In this document: one piece after another, positions 1 to 9,559 of the stretch
Position numbering within the stretch: position 1 is the stretch's first letter
Layout: each line of letters begins with the position of its first letter
NCBI GenBank assembly: GCA_947498775.1
Contig: CANMLL010000009.1
Coordinates: forward strand, 90,981-154,980
Length of the DNA stretch: 64,000 nucleotides
Direction: 5' to 3'
DNA from: an uncultured Aquimarina sp.
GTDB lineage: Bacteria > Bacteroidota > Bacteroidia > Flavobacteriales > Flavobacteriaceae
Position numbers and translations under genes: made by a program
The notes under the pieces: model-generated
Databases searched by the model: none
Told to the model about the DNA's origin: nothing
The model's input: the letters and a program-made list of their open reading frames with translations, nothing else

Positions 1-87
1 TGGTTCTTAAAAAATAAAACTTGAGAATTTTTGATGAAAACATACTACATTGAGTAACTCGTTACGAATAAAAAACTAAAGAGTATA

Positions 88-438
88 ATGAAAGCACAAA
101 GATTGGTTGTTGTTTTGATGATTATGAACCTAACTTCTTGTATGAAGAAGGACTATGTTCTAAAAGAAAACCATCATTTAGAATCTGCTTTTCTGCTCAA
201 CTCATCAAGAACATTTAGAGGATATTTTTATGTTGGTTCTGATGAGAGTTTTCATTATTTTTATGAAAATTGGAGTCTCAAAAAGGACAAGTATTTCAAA
301 ATAAGTAAAAATAACTTGCATGTGCATTATTCTTTCAATAAAGATGAAGATGCCATACCAATAACATTACTAGAAAAACACGAGGCAACGGTATTTGCCG
401 ATAACGAGCATTATACAATATATATACTGAAAGAATGA
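88..438 (+). CDS. hypothetical lipoprotein, 116 aa
   Basis: ATG ORF. The N-terminal hydrophobic segment ends in a lipobox-like LTSC. A 4-nt ATGA overlap with the next ORF suggests coupling. No family recognised. Confidence 0.55.
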   Translation: MKAQRLVVVLMIMNLTSCMKKDYVLKENHHLESAFLLNSSRTFRGYFYVGSDESFHYFYENWSLKKDKYFKISKNNLHVHYSFNKDEDAIPITLLEKHEATVFADNEHYTIYILKE

Positions 439-983
439 AAAATTTATTCTGGGTATTCGTGTTAATTTTGACCAGTTGTACTAGTGGTAAAAAAGGAGCT
501 AATTGTGATATAACTAAGTATCTATCTAATACAAGAAAAACCGAAGTTGTAACCAAATTGATCAGTTGTAGTCAAGATAGTGGCAAAATTATAGATGAGA
601 ATACTAGTTATATACCTTCAGAGCAAAGAATCAATGTTTTCAAATGCCTATACAAGCCTCCTACAGAAATTGATGATGTAGAATTTGATCTTTTCAACGT
701 TAATGGTTTTTCTAATCATAGAACAACAGTACCAGGTGCTTCGTCATGGCAATATAGATTTGTTATAAAAGTAAACCCAACTAATATTGACAAATGGTTA
801 GATGGAGTTGTTAAAATGGACATAGATTACAATACAGGTTGGATGAAAAATCTAATTCATTGCAGAAAAGAAAAATGGCGTATTAAAAGTACCCCTGAAA
901 TCTATGTTCATGAAGAATCCAGAACAGCTATAATTGTCTATAGAGAGGAAGGCATACTCTTCAAAACTTCAGTAAAACACTAA
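435..983 (+). CDS. hypothetical lipoprotein, 182 aa
   Basis: ATG ORF with a signal peptide and LTSC lipobox. Translationally coupled to 88..438. No family recognised. Confidence 0.6.
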   Translation: MKNLFWVFVLILTSCTSGKKGANCDITKYLSNTRKTEVVTKLISCSQDSGKIIDENTSYIPSEQRINVFKCLYKPPTEIDDVEFDLFNVNGFSNHRTTVPGASSWQYRFVIKVNPTNIDKWLDGVVKMDIDYNTGWMKNLIHCRKEKWRIKSTPEIYVHEESRTAIIVYREEGILFKTSVKH

Positions 984-993
984 ATTCAAAAAG

Positions 994-1626
994 ATGAAAA
1001 AAATTATTATGTGTATCATTATTTTGTTCTTTAGCAAATATGTTCCTGCACAATTTTCATATCAACCAACCGATAAAGAAGTACTGGACTCGTGGATCAA
1101 CGAAGCCAAAAAAAAACAAAGAAGTTGATCCTTCTCAAATTCAAAAACTGGAAGGTGCGTATGAAGATGTGATAACAAATCCCAAAAATGCAAATGCGGT
1201 CTTCGATTACAGACGCATTCTTACCGCTGTGTTGCAACCGGGATTGGCATCAGCTACTACCAAAACAGTATCCCAAGGTGGAAAAAAATTATAGAAGAGG
1301 CCGAAGATGCATACAGAAATGCAATTAGTAATTGTAAATGTCATGGCAGAGCTAATATTATGTTAAGATTATTGTATAATCAACATGGGAAGTATTTCTT
1401 GTCCGAACCTCATCTCGAGAAAGGTTTAAAATTAGAAGAAGGAGAAGAAGATTGAATGCTAGCAGCCAATCAATATCTGCTGGCCGGTGCGTATACCTAT
1501 AAAACGGATGATGAAAAGTATCTCAACATTTATGAATTGTTCAAAAAGTATGCACAAACAGTAACCAAAGATGCGCCGTATTATAAAAAAATGGCAGGAT
1601 TATATGTGGGATATTATGAAAAATAA
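994..1626 (+). pseudogene. fragmented gene for a secreted protein (frameshifts at homopolymer A runs plus an in-frame stop)
   Basis: ATG at 994 gives a signal-like MKKIIMCIIILFF... and the frame ends at TGA 1126-1128, just after an A9 run (1108-1116). Coding continues in the frame of track ORF 1040..1294. It shifts again at an A7 run (1282-1288) and runs to TAA 1624-1626, with an in-frame TGA at 1453-1455. Confidence 0.5.
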
Positions 1627-1841
1627 GAAGAATTCATCTCCAGGACCCAGAATATTAAACAAATTTTCCTTTCAATTTTTTGATGGTCATTTTTATATAC
1701 GGTATTGGGAATTCTTAAGTCCAGGATTCGATACTGTTTGAAAAAGATGATGTTCGTATATTTAAGAATAAGCTTATGATAGGAAACACCGAGATCTACA
1801 ATACGAAAACTGATTATGATCATTTTATTTAAGAAAATAAT

Positions 1842-2372
1842 ATGCCAGATACGGATTGTACTACTAATTTTGGATCTTATTATAATCCATTATCACTTAT
1901 AGGAGACTTTTATAGTTATGAATTTGGAGAAAGTTCTGAATCTGCTTGTGGAAAACCGGGTAGTACAGTTGGCGTTAAAAGTATTTCCTTAAAAACTGGC
2001 AAACAAATAAGCATTCTCGAGCTTTTTGAAGAAAAGGATGTTGTCGCGGCTTTCAAAAATGATCCTTGGGTTTTAAAAATGGCAAAACAACATCAAACAG
2101 AGATAGATACGATTAAAACCCTAGAAGATGTTACGAGTTTTTTAAGTAGTACGTACGATGGTATTAAATTTGCAAAGTCAAGCTTTTGTGTACTTGATTT
2201 TAAGAACAGAAATGCTAAAATACGCTTTGTTGCTAGAGAATATATGGGTTATAACCATCATAAACATTTACAACTAGGGTTAGAGATACCTGTAAAAAAA
2301 GAAGCACTGGTTTTTTTTAAGGATATGGACAATTTCTTTTTAGGAGCCTTTGATAATTGGTTACAAAAATAA
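1842..2372 (+). CDS. hypothetical protein, 176 aa, possibly the 3' remnant of a longer disrupted gene
   Basis: ATG ORF without a signal peptide. The 1627..1841 region upstream holds coding-looking fragments in two other frames (FSFQFFDGHFYIRYWEF..., EKDDVRIFKNKLMIGNTEIYNTKTDYDHFI). Confidence 0.45.
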   Translation: MPDTDCTTNFGSYYNPLSLIGDFYSYEFGESSESACGKPGSTVGVKSISLKTGKQISILELFEEKDVVAAFKNDPWVLKMAKQHQTEIDTIKTLEDVTSFLSSTYDGIKFAKSSFCVLDFKNRNAKIRFVAREYMGYNHHKHLQLGLEIPVKKEALVFFKDMDNFFLGAFDNWLQK

Positions 2373-2484
2373 ACTAGAGCGTAAATTTTTTTTATGAATT
2401 TAATAAAAGCATACAAACAATCGATTTTGATAGAAATCAGGTTTCTAAACAAAAAATATTCAATAAAATATAATCAAGACCAAA

Positions 2485-2985
2485 ATGAAAACAATCTTTT
2501 CAAGTAAATGTATTGGAACACTATTGTTAGTTTTCCTTTTTATCTCCTGCGATGTAAAAAACAACAAAGTACAGGATACTATAGATCCAAAACGAAACGA
2601 AACTGAAGCCAGGGCAACATTGCAAAAACTTCTTACTTCTATTGAAAACAAGGATCTTGAGTCTCTTAAAACAACTATGGCACCAACCGGAGAAATGGAA
2701 CTTATCATACCCGGCAGAGCCATTACCTACACCGTCGATGAGTTTGTAGCGTTACATCAAAACTGGTTTAAAGATACCACTTGGACAATGCAAACCAATA
2801 TTCTGAATTTAAAAGTAGATCAAAATATAGGGTTTGCTACAACTGATGCCATGTACAAGGAGCCCGAAAGAGATAGAAAACCATACTTCAATCATATGAT
2901 CGTGAGTTACGTTCTAAAAAAAACTAATAACAAATGGTATGTGATAAAGGATCATGCTTGTTCCTTAAAAAAGTCTACTGATTAA
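2485..2985 (+). CDS. SnoaL-like / DUF4440-like lipoprotein, 166 aa
   Basis: Signal peptide with lipobox FISC. The C-terminal NKWYVIKDH motif and overall size are typical of NTF2-like DUF4440 proteins (recalled, not searched). Confidence 0.5.
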   Translation: MKTIFSSKCIGTLLLVFLFISCDVKNNKVQDTIDPKRNETEARATLQKLLTSIENKDLESLKTTMAPTGEMELIIPGRAITYTVDEFVALHQNWFKDTTWTMQTNILNLKVDQNIGFATTDAMYKEPERDRKPYFNHMIVSYVLKKTNNKWYVIKDHACSLKKSTD

Positions 2986-3091
2986 TGCTAGCAGTATCTT
3001 AATGTATAGTTTGTTGAACATTGCAAAGTGTATTCATTTCAACTCAAAAAGAATTGTATGAACTCATAAACCAATCTAAAAGACCTTACTA

Positions 3092-3586
3092 TTAAGGTAC
3101 TTTTATAAAATACTTTTCTTCTAAGGCCTGATCTTGCCAAAAAGCTAATGGGAATTTCCAATATGGTTTATCTTCATAAATTACATGATAATTCCCCCAA
3201 GTATATTCAAAGGGATACTCTTTTTTATGTTTTTTTATAAATACTGTCCCAAAAACATATGCCGAGGTGGTACCACTAACCCTTCCGGTATGAAGCTGTA
3301 CCGATGTAATTCTAAATTCTGTACCTATTGGAATATCTGTTATATTTTCTACATTTTCAATACCATATCCCGTATTATCTTCAATAATATTAGAATATTT
3401 TTTAGGATTAGAAGCAGGGTTTTTAGCAAGGACTACAGGTGTTTTAGTTACTAACTTATGATTTATTAGATCACTAAATGGTTTTTCTGAAGATACATCT
3501 GAATGCTTTGGCAAACAAGAATTAAGTAATACCACACTTAAAAATAAAAGTATGAAATGATTTCTATGATTTAACTTCATAGTCAT
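3092..3586 (-). CDS. hypothetical lipoprotein
   Basis: The ORF is trimmed to the internal ATG (MTMKLNHRNHFILLFLSVVLLNSC) that gives a signal peptide plus lipobox. No family recognised. Confidence 0.55.
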   Translation of the reverse strand: MTMKLNHRNHFILLFLSVVLLNSCLPKHSDVSSEKPFSDLINHKLVTKTPVVLAKNPASNPKKYSNIIEDNTGYGIENVENITDIPIGTEFRITSVQLHTGRVSGTTSAYVFGTVFIKKHKKEYPFEYTWGNYHVIYEDKPYWKFPLAFWQDQALEEKYFIKVP

Positions 3587-3657
3587 GTTAATAAAACATT
3601 CTAAACAAATCATCTGAATACAACTAATGTTCTATGATCCAAATAGACCTGTATTTA

Positions 3658-4062
3658 TCAAATTTTTGGTCCTCTGAAAGATGTTCTTACCAACCGGTTG
3701 AACTCTTTTTTAAGAGGTTTAAACTCAACATTATGTTCAATACCTGCTTTTTTTAAAGCCGTTTTTACTATTTTCTGCTTTTTGTAGACTTTAATCCCTA
3801 TGATAATAAGTAGCCCTATAAAACCTAACAGAATAGTAACCATAGTTGTTCTAATGGTACTAATATCTGATACGCTATAATTATTTCCTGCAAAAAAAAG
3901 ATTATAAATTAAAACAGTACCAAGAAAACCAAAAATCACATATCGTACGTGTAAAGAGGATTTTTGATAATCGCCATATAGATCAAGTATGGCTTTTAAG
4001 TTGGATTCGGGTATTTTTTTGAGTAATTGAAATTGATTCTCCTGATTGGATGTATCCTTCAT
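3658..4062 (-). CDS. hypothetical membrane protein, 134 aa
   Basis: ATG ORF with two long hydrophobic segments and a basic C-terminus. Confidence 0.5.
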   Translation of the reverse strand: MKDTSNQENQFQLLKKIPESNLKAILDLYGDYQKSSLHVRYVIFGFLGTVLIYNLFFAGNNYSVSDISTIRTTMVTILLGFIGLLIIIGIKVYKKQKIVKTALKKAGIEHNVEFKPLKKEFNRLVRTSFRGPKI

Positions 4063-4073
4063 GATGATAAAAT

Positions 4074-4128
4074 TTTACTCGATAATCGAGATTTAAATGC
4101 TCCGAGGCTTGCCCCGAGGTTCTTTACT
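4074..4128. repeat. dispersed intergenic repeat, short copy (copy A)
   Basis: The 40-nt run tttactcgataatcgagatttaaatgctccgaggcttgcc is identical to 33869..33908. The shared tail ggttctttact also matches. It contains the palindromes ctcgat-a-atcgag and atttaaat. Confidence 0.8.
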
Positions 4129-4193
4129 TTGCTTGCTTCCAAGTTAATGAAGTGGTTATTTATATTTTCTAATCATTTCTGAAACATTAAATT

Positions 4194-4502
4194 CTATATC
4201 CCAAAAATACTAAGTCCTCCCAAAGAAATAAATAGTATAAAAATTGAAGATACAAAAAGTGCAACAATAACAATTAATCGAACCCATTTACTTTGGTTTG
4301 ACAATAGGCTAAGTACTAAAAAAATAATAAAGCCTATGAGACTTATTATAAAAAGTATTCCTATAATAACAGCCTCAAAAAAACCACTTAGTCCATCGGC
4401 TCCGTGACCAGCATGATACACTATCCAATAGTATAAAACATAGAATGATATGGCTAGCACAAAGAAAACTACAAGGGGAATTATATGTTTTTTAAAATTC
4501 AT
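4194..4502 (-). CDS. hypothetical small membrane protein, 102 aa
   Basis: ATG ORF that is almost entirely hydrophobic (about three TM segments). Confidence 0.5.
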   Translation of the reverse strand: MNFKKHIIPLVVFFVLAISFYVLYYWIVYHAGHGADGLSGFFEAVIIGILFIISLIGFIIFLVLSLLSNQSKWVRLIVIVALFVSSIFILFISLGGLSIFGI

Positions 4503-4852
4503 TCGATAAACTATTCTTCAGTTAGAAACTTTTCTTTTCATCAATAATACTATCAAAACAATAGTAATGTTTACTAAAAACCATTTAATTGAACTTATAC
4601 CTATTCTGATGTAAAAATAATCAATGTAAGTAACGCATAAGTATCAAATTATAATCTGGAACTTCATAATTGAGTAAAAAAATTACTGCCAAGTTGTTTA
4701 ATTATTCGAGGTATCTCTTTTCTTTGATGGCGGCTTGCAAACATATTTATCCACAAATAATTAATTCCTTGGGTAAACTTTATTCTTTTATTAGTTGTGA
4801 TAGAATATTTATCTGTATTCATTCGTTAAAGAAAAAAATCTCTATTTATAGC

Positions 4853-5236
4853 ATGAAACGAATGAAAATTACAGCAGGCCATCAACAAGCTATGCCATAT
4901 TTGGTAGTCGAAAAAGCCGAAGATTTTATTGATTTTATTCGTAAGATCTTTAATGCACAAGAAATGATACGCAATCTGGATCTTGATAACCGTATACAAC
5001 ATTCTGAAATCAAAATAGGCGATAGTACTATATTGCTTGCTGAAGCTTCAAAAAACTATCCGGCCCACCCCGGGTCGATGTATGTGTATGTAAAAGATAC
5101 CGATCAAACCTATTATGAAGCCATTGACGCTGGTGCAAAATCCCTGATGGAGCCCATGGAAGAAGACCACGGAGCGCGAGGAGCAGGTTTTAAAGATCCT
5201 TTTGGCAATACCTGGTGGATCGCTACTTTAAATTAA
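4853..5236 (+). CDS. VOC (glyoxalase/bleomycin-resistance, PhnB-like) family protein
   Basis: Trimmed to ATG 4853 (MKRMKITAGHQQAMPYLVV...). The ending ...GARGAGFKDPFGNTWWIA is typical of PhnB-like VOC proteins. Confidence 0.7.
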   Translation: MKRMKITAGHQQAMPYLVVEKAEDFIDFIRKIFNAQEMIRNLDLDNRIQHSEIKIGDSTILLAEASKNYPAHPGSMYVYVKDTDQTYYEAIDAGAKSLMEPMEEDHGARGAGFKDPFGNTWWIATLN

Positions 5237-6520
5237 TCACAGCTGTTCTTTTCTTGTAGTAAACAAAATGATATTCATAATGACTAAGGTTACAAAAGCA
5301 GGTAATACCCAGGCCAGACTGTAATTACCAAAAGGAAGAATATCCAAAACAGGTTGTATTTGTTCTTTCATTCCTATCGAAGCAAAAAAGTCGGGTAAAC
5401 TAAACAAAATAGTCACCATAACTACTGTCTTGAATACTGTTGGTGAAGTAACTTTTTCTGGCAATACATTCAAAAATATTAGCATTATCGTGATCGGATA
5501 GATAAACATTAACGCGGGCACTGCCACATTGATAATGTAATGTACATCAAATTGCCCCATGAGTACGCCCAAAATACTTCCGATAATGGCAGTAATTAGG
5601 TATATTTTCTGAGAATTTCCAAAGAGTCCTTTCATAAAATCCGCAGTTCCGGTAATGATTCCAACCGCTGTAGTGAAACATGCCAATCCAACCAAAATAC
5701 TTAACAACATCTTCCCAATATTTCCAAGGGTTCTGAGACTTATCCCCGAAAGTAATTCTGTACGAGCAATATCAGCATCAAATTGCGTATTAAACAAAGC
5801 TCCTGTGTAGATCATTCCTGCATAAATCAGTAATAACCCAAACCCTGCAACAGCACCAGATTTTATCATCAGGTTTCTGTTGCGTTCTTCATTTTCTTCC
5901 CCTTTAATCTTTAATGAAATGATAATTACACCACCTACCACAACGGCACCGATAGCATCAAAGGTTTGATATCCTTCAAGTAATCCACTAATTACTGGTG
6001 TTTGAAAATCAGAAGGACTAATAGTTGCCTCTGTAGAAAAAATACCAATACAAATAATACTAAGAATCACAATAAACAGGATCGGAGAAAGAAACTTGCC
6101 CAACAATCCTAGTATTCTGGCTCGATTAAGTACAAAGACTAATACTAATGCAAAATAAATGCTGCTGGTTATCCAGGAATTTACTTCAAAAAAAGGTTGT
6201 ATTGCCATTTCGTGGGTTACCGAAGCTGTTCTGGGCGATGGCAATGCAATTGAAATAGTATAGACCAATATACAATACACCAAACTAAATGTAGGTGACA
6301 CCTTTTTTGCAAAATCCTGCATAGTGCCTTGCAATCTGGCATGGGCAAAAATCCCTAGTAAAGGAATAATCACAGCCGAGATTACAAATCCAAGTGTCAC
6401 CAAAAACCAGGCATCTCCTGCCTTAAACCCCAAAAGCGGAGGAAGCATTAGGTTTCCTGCGCCAAAAAACATAGAAAACAATGCAAATCCTGCTACAAAA
6501 GTTTCTTTATTAAATTTCAC
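5237..6520 (-). CDS. brnQ: branched-chain amino acid transport system II carrier (LIVCS family)
   Basis: 427-aa polytopic membrane protein. The N-terminal FALFSMFFGAGNLMLPPLLG is the characteristic BrnQ motif. Confidence 0.85.
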   Translation of the reverse strand: MKFNKETFVAGFALFSMFFGAGNLMLPPLLGFKAGDAWFLVTLGFVISAVIIPLLGIFAHARLQGTMQDFAKKVSPTFSLVYCILVYTISIALPSPRTASVTHEMAIQPFFEVNSWITSSIYFALVLVFVLNRARILGLLGKFLSPILFIVILSIICIGIFSTEATISPSDFQTPVISGLLEGYQTFDAIGAVVVGGVIIISLKIKGEENEERNRNLMIKSGAVAGFGLLLIYAGMIYTGALFNTQFDADIARTELLSGISLRTLGNIGKMLLSILVGLACFTTAVGIITGTADFMKGLFGNSQKIYLITAIIGSILGVLMGQFDVHYIINVAVPALMFIYPITIMLIFLNVLPEKVTSPTVFKTVVMVTILFSLPDFFASIGMKEQIQPVLDILPFGNYSLAWVLPAFVTLVIMNIILFTTRKEQL

Positions 6521-6588
6521 ACCCTTAAAAATTTCTTGAAGTTCGTTTCGTTTTATTAGATTTATGTGCCTAAAAATATAACTTCAAA

Positions 6589-7368
6589 ATGGTTTTACCG
6601 TACAAAGGGATCAAAATAAATTATAATGTTGTTGGACAAGGTCGTCCCTTGGTTTTTCTACACGGTTTTTTGGAGAACTCGATAATGTGGAAAGAAACGA
6701 TTCCCTTTTTTTCGAACCATTACTGCTGTATTTCTATCGATTTGTTGGGACATGGTCATACCGAATGTCTTGGATATATTCATACCATGGAGGATATGGC
6801 CCGGGCTGTAAAAGCGGTCTTAAATCATCTTGAAATCACAAAAACCACACTGGTCGGTCATTCTATGGGAGGGTATGTCGCTCTGGCCCTCTTAGATCTT
6901 TTCCAGGATTTGGTAACTGGATTAGTGCTTCTTAATGCTACCTCATTACCGGATAGCGCAGAGCGAAAACTTAACCGTACACGAGCCATCAAAATAGTAA
7001 AGGAAAATCCAAATGCATATACAAACATGGCAATTGCAAGTCTTTTTGCTGAAAAAAATCGATTAAAATTTGCTGAAAAAATTGACGCGATTAAAAAAGA
7101 GGCTTCAAAAACTAGCTTGCAGGCAATTATATCTGCTCTTGAAGGGATGAAAATACGAAAAGATCGCAGCTCGATTCTAGCCAATTTTAATGGACCCAAA
7201 ATCATTCTTTCGGGAAAACAAGATCCTGTTTTGGTACACACTCAAAGTATTCGCGAAGCTGAGCACTATAAAACTTCTCTAATTAGTTTTAACGGGGGCC
7301 ATATGACCTACATAGAAAACAAGGAAGAATTCTTGTTGGCATTACAAAATTTCCTAGCAAAATACTAG
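6589..7368 (+). CDS. alpha/beta hydrolase
   Basis: HGFLEN oxyanion region and GHSMGG nucleophile elbow. 259 aa. Confidence 0.8.
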   Translation: MVLPYKGIKINYNVVGQGRPLVFLHGFLENSIMWKETIPFFSNHYCCISIDLLGHGHTECLGYIHTMEDMARAVKAVLNHLEITKTTLVGHSMGGYVALALLDLFQDLVTGLVLLNATSLPDSAERKLNRTRAIKIVKENPNAYTNMAIASLFAEKNRLKFAEKIDAIKKEASKTSLQAIISALEGMKIRKDRSSILANFNGPKIILSGKQDPVLVHTQSIREAEHYKTSLISFNGGHMTYIENKEEFLLALQNFLAKY

Positions 7369-7577
7369 CAAAAAAAATGCGGCTTTCATAAGGCTTGATT
7401 TAGACGAAATACACTTTTTAAGGTCTAAAAACAATTGAAAAGGGCTTTTTTAGTTAAAAATCAATTCATTAAGACAAATTTTTCTTACAAAAACATTGTT
7501 AATTAGAAAAAAACTATTATTATTGTATTGGTAATGAACCCTTAACACTTTTCTATGCATTAATATCCCTAAAAATA

Positions 7578-7847
7578 ATGAAAAAATCTACCCCCAACTC
7601 CGCTTTTTCCTTCTCCAAAATCTACTGTTCTCTTTTTGGTCATAACTATGTAGTTAGTAAAAAAGTTACACATCATATTAAAGAATATTCATGTACGCAT
7701 TGTCGAGAAGAAGCTACTACAAATAGCAGAGGTCGACTAGAGGTAATGACCCCAAAATTAAAAGAAATCAATGATGCTTTGGCTTCTGTTCACGCCAAAA
7801 AAATAGCAAGACGTAAGTCTAATACTTCTTTCCAGGCGGCTTCTTAA
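7578..7847 (+). CDS. hypothetical small protein with a Cys/His zinc-ribbon-like motif, 89 aa
   Basis: ATG ORF with C-x4-H ... C-x2-C spacing (CSLFGH ... CTHC) and a basic C-terminus. Confidence 0.4.
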   Translation: MKKSTPNSAFSFSKIYCSLFGHNYVVSKKVTHHIKEYSCTHCREEATTNSRGRLEVMTPKLKEINDALASVHAKKIARRKSNTSFQAAS

Positions 7848-7848
7848 A

Positions 7849-8895
7849 CTATTCCTTGATTGGATTCCAACCCTGAGCTTTTATTTCTATTTTTTCATTT
7901 GCTCTGGTTACCAAACCAATTCCACTTTTCTTATCGGTCATATGACCAATTACGGTAAGGTTAGGATTTGCCTTAATTTTTGGGTAATCTTCTTGTTTTA
8001 TTGTAAACAATAATTCATAATCTTCTCCTCCATTAAGTGCTACAGTGGTACTACTTAATTTAAATTCTTCACATATTGAAATAACTGCAGGATCCAGTGG
8101 TATTTTTTCTTCATACAGATTAACTCCCACTTTTGATTGCTTACATAAGTGAATCACCTCTGAAGATAATCCGTCACTAATGTCTATCATACTTGTTGGT
8201 TTTACCTCAAGTGCTTTAAGAAGTTCTGGAATGTCTTTTCGTGCTTCTGGCTTCAGTTGTCTCTCAATAAGATAGGTGTATCGATCCAGGTCGGGTTGCG
8301 AATTTGGATTTACTTCAAACACCTGTTTCTCTCTTTCTAAGACTTGTAGCCCCATATAGGCTGCTCCCAAATCACCCGTCACCACTAGAAGATCATTATC
8401 TTTTGCCCCACTACGATATGCCAGATCTTCTTCATTTGCATATCCTATCGCAGTCACACTAATAATTAATCCGGTAGTTGATGAGGTCGTATCGCCACCA
8501 ACTACATCAACATTATATACTTTGGCAGCCGTTTGGATCCCTGCATATAACTCTTCTAAAGCCTCTAGAGGAAATCTATTTGATATTGCAATCGAAACCA
8601 TTACCTGGGTTGCCGTTGCATTCATTGCATATACATCAGACAGGTTAACGATAACCGATTTGTATCCCAAATGCTTTAGAGGGACATAGGCCAGATCAAA
8701 ATGCACCCCTTCAATTAATAAATCGGTAGACACCACACATTTTTTATCTTTAAAATCTAATACTGCAGCATCGTCCCCGATTCCTAAATCGGTAGTTTTT
8801 TGTGTTATTTTAAAATTCTTTGTTAGGTGATCAATCAATCCAAACTCTCCCAACTCTGATATAGGCGTTCTTGGTGTATTTTTATCTTCAATCAT
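7849..8895 (-). CDS. thiL: thiamine-monophosphate kinase
   Basis: 348 aa. It has the IGDDAAVL motif and AIR-synthase-like fold signatures (GGDTT, DISDGL). Confidence 0.85.
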   Translation of the reverse strand: MIEDKNTPRTPISELGEFGLIDHLTKNFKITQKTTDLGIGDDAAVLDFKDKKCVVSTDLLIEGVHFDLAYVPLKHLGYKSVIVNLSDVYAMNATATQVMVSIAISNRFPLEALEELYAGIQTAAKVYNVDVVGGDTTSSTTGLIISVTAIGYANEEDLAYRSGAKDNDLLVVTGDLGAAYMGLQVLEREKQVFEVNPNSQPDLDRYTYLIERQLKPEARKDIPELLKALEVKPTSMIDISDGLSSEVIHLCKQSKVGVNLYEEKIPLDPAVISICEEFKLSSTTVALNGGEDYELLFTIKQEDYPKIKANPNLTVIGHMTDKKSGIGLVTRANEKIEIKAQGWNPIKE

Positions 8896-9100
8896 GGTGC
8901 AAAGGTAGGCAACAAACTTATTTTATTTCATCAAGTGATTTAAACTTTTTTTAATCCACCATAAAATGTCTTTTTTTTCATTTTAAAGATGGCACCTGTT
9001 ATCCTATGACTTCTCCGTCGAAGCAAAGCAGATAAACTGCGCCAGAAGTAGGTTTAATAATTAATCCCTATTTTGTCATTTGTTATATATATGTTAGGTT

Positions 9101-9133
9101 TTGTGAATAAAATCTACTTATGTAGTATATTTG
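9101..9133 (+). promoter_or_regulatory. candidate Bacteroidota-type promoter of the suf operon
   Basis: TTG at 9101-9103 and tatatttg (TAnnTTTG) at 9126-9133, 35 nt upstream of the sufA ATG. Confidence 0.35.
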
Positions 9134-9168
9134 CAGCTCATTTAGAATTAATCTTTTTATTACGGCCT

Positions 9169-9498
9169 ATGATTAAGGTATCAGACATAGCAAAAAACAA
9201 GGTTGTCGAATTGATGAATGATGATGGATACGATGCCGCTACCGATTATGTTCGTGTTGGTGTAAAGAGTGGTGGATGTTCGGGTTTGTCGTATGATTTA
9301 AAATTTGATAAAGCACAACAAGAAGGAGATAAAGTCTTTGAAGACAATGGTGTAAAGATTATTGTAGATAAAAAAAGTTTCCTTTATCTAATAGGTACCA
9401 CCCTTGAATATTCTGGCGGCTTAAACGGTACTGGCTTTGTTTTTAATAACCCAAACGCAAGCAGAACCTGCGGTTGTGGAGAAAGTTTTTCACTATAG
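9169..9498 (+). CDS. sufA: HesB/IscA-family A-type Fe-S carrier
   Basis: Trimmed to ATG 9169 (MIKVSDIAKNKV...). It has the GGCSG motif and the C-terminal CGCGESF signature, and sits at the head of the suf cluster. Confidence 0.8.
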   Translation: MIKVSDIAKNKVVELMNDDGYDAATDYVRVGVKSGGCSGLSYDLKFDKAQQEGDKVFEDNGVKIIVDKKSFLYLIGTTLEYSGGLNGTGFVFNNPNASRTCGCGESFSL

Positions 9499-9559
9499 AT
9501 AGATTAGTATACTAGGATTTTGGTAAAAAAGATCCAGAAACAATTTCAGGAATAGACAG

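Noticed and set aside
4670-4852. N-terminal 61-codon extension of the VOC-family ORF (track start 4670)
   Set aside because: The extension starts at a non-ATG codon and is Cys/Ile/Ser-rich with no domain. The conserved VOC fold starts right after the ATG at 4853.
9073-9168. N-terminal extensions of track ORFs for sufA (9073), sufS (15501), the DUF3078 paralog (22535), the big nuclease (27641) and rnr (54055)
   Set aside because: In each case the extension uses a non-ATG start or adds non-conserved residues ahead of a good ATG. That ATG gives the expected N-terminus or signal peptide.
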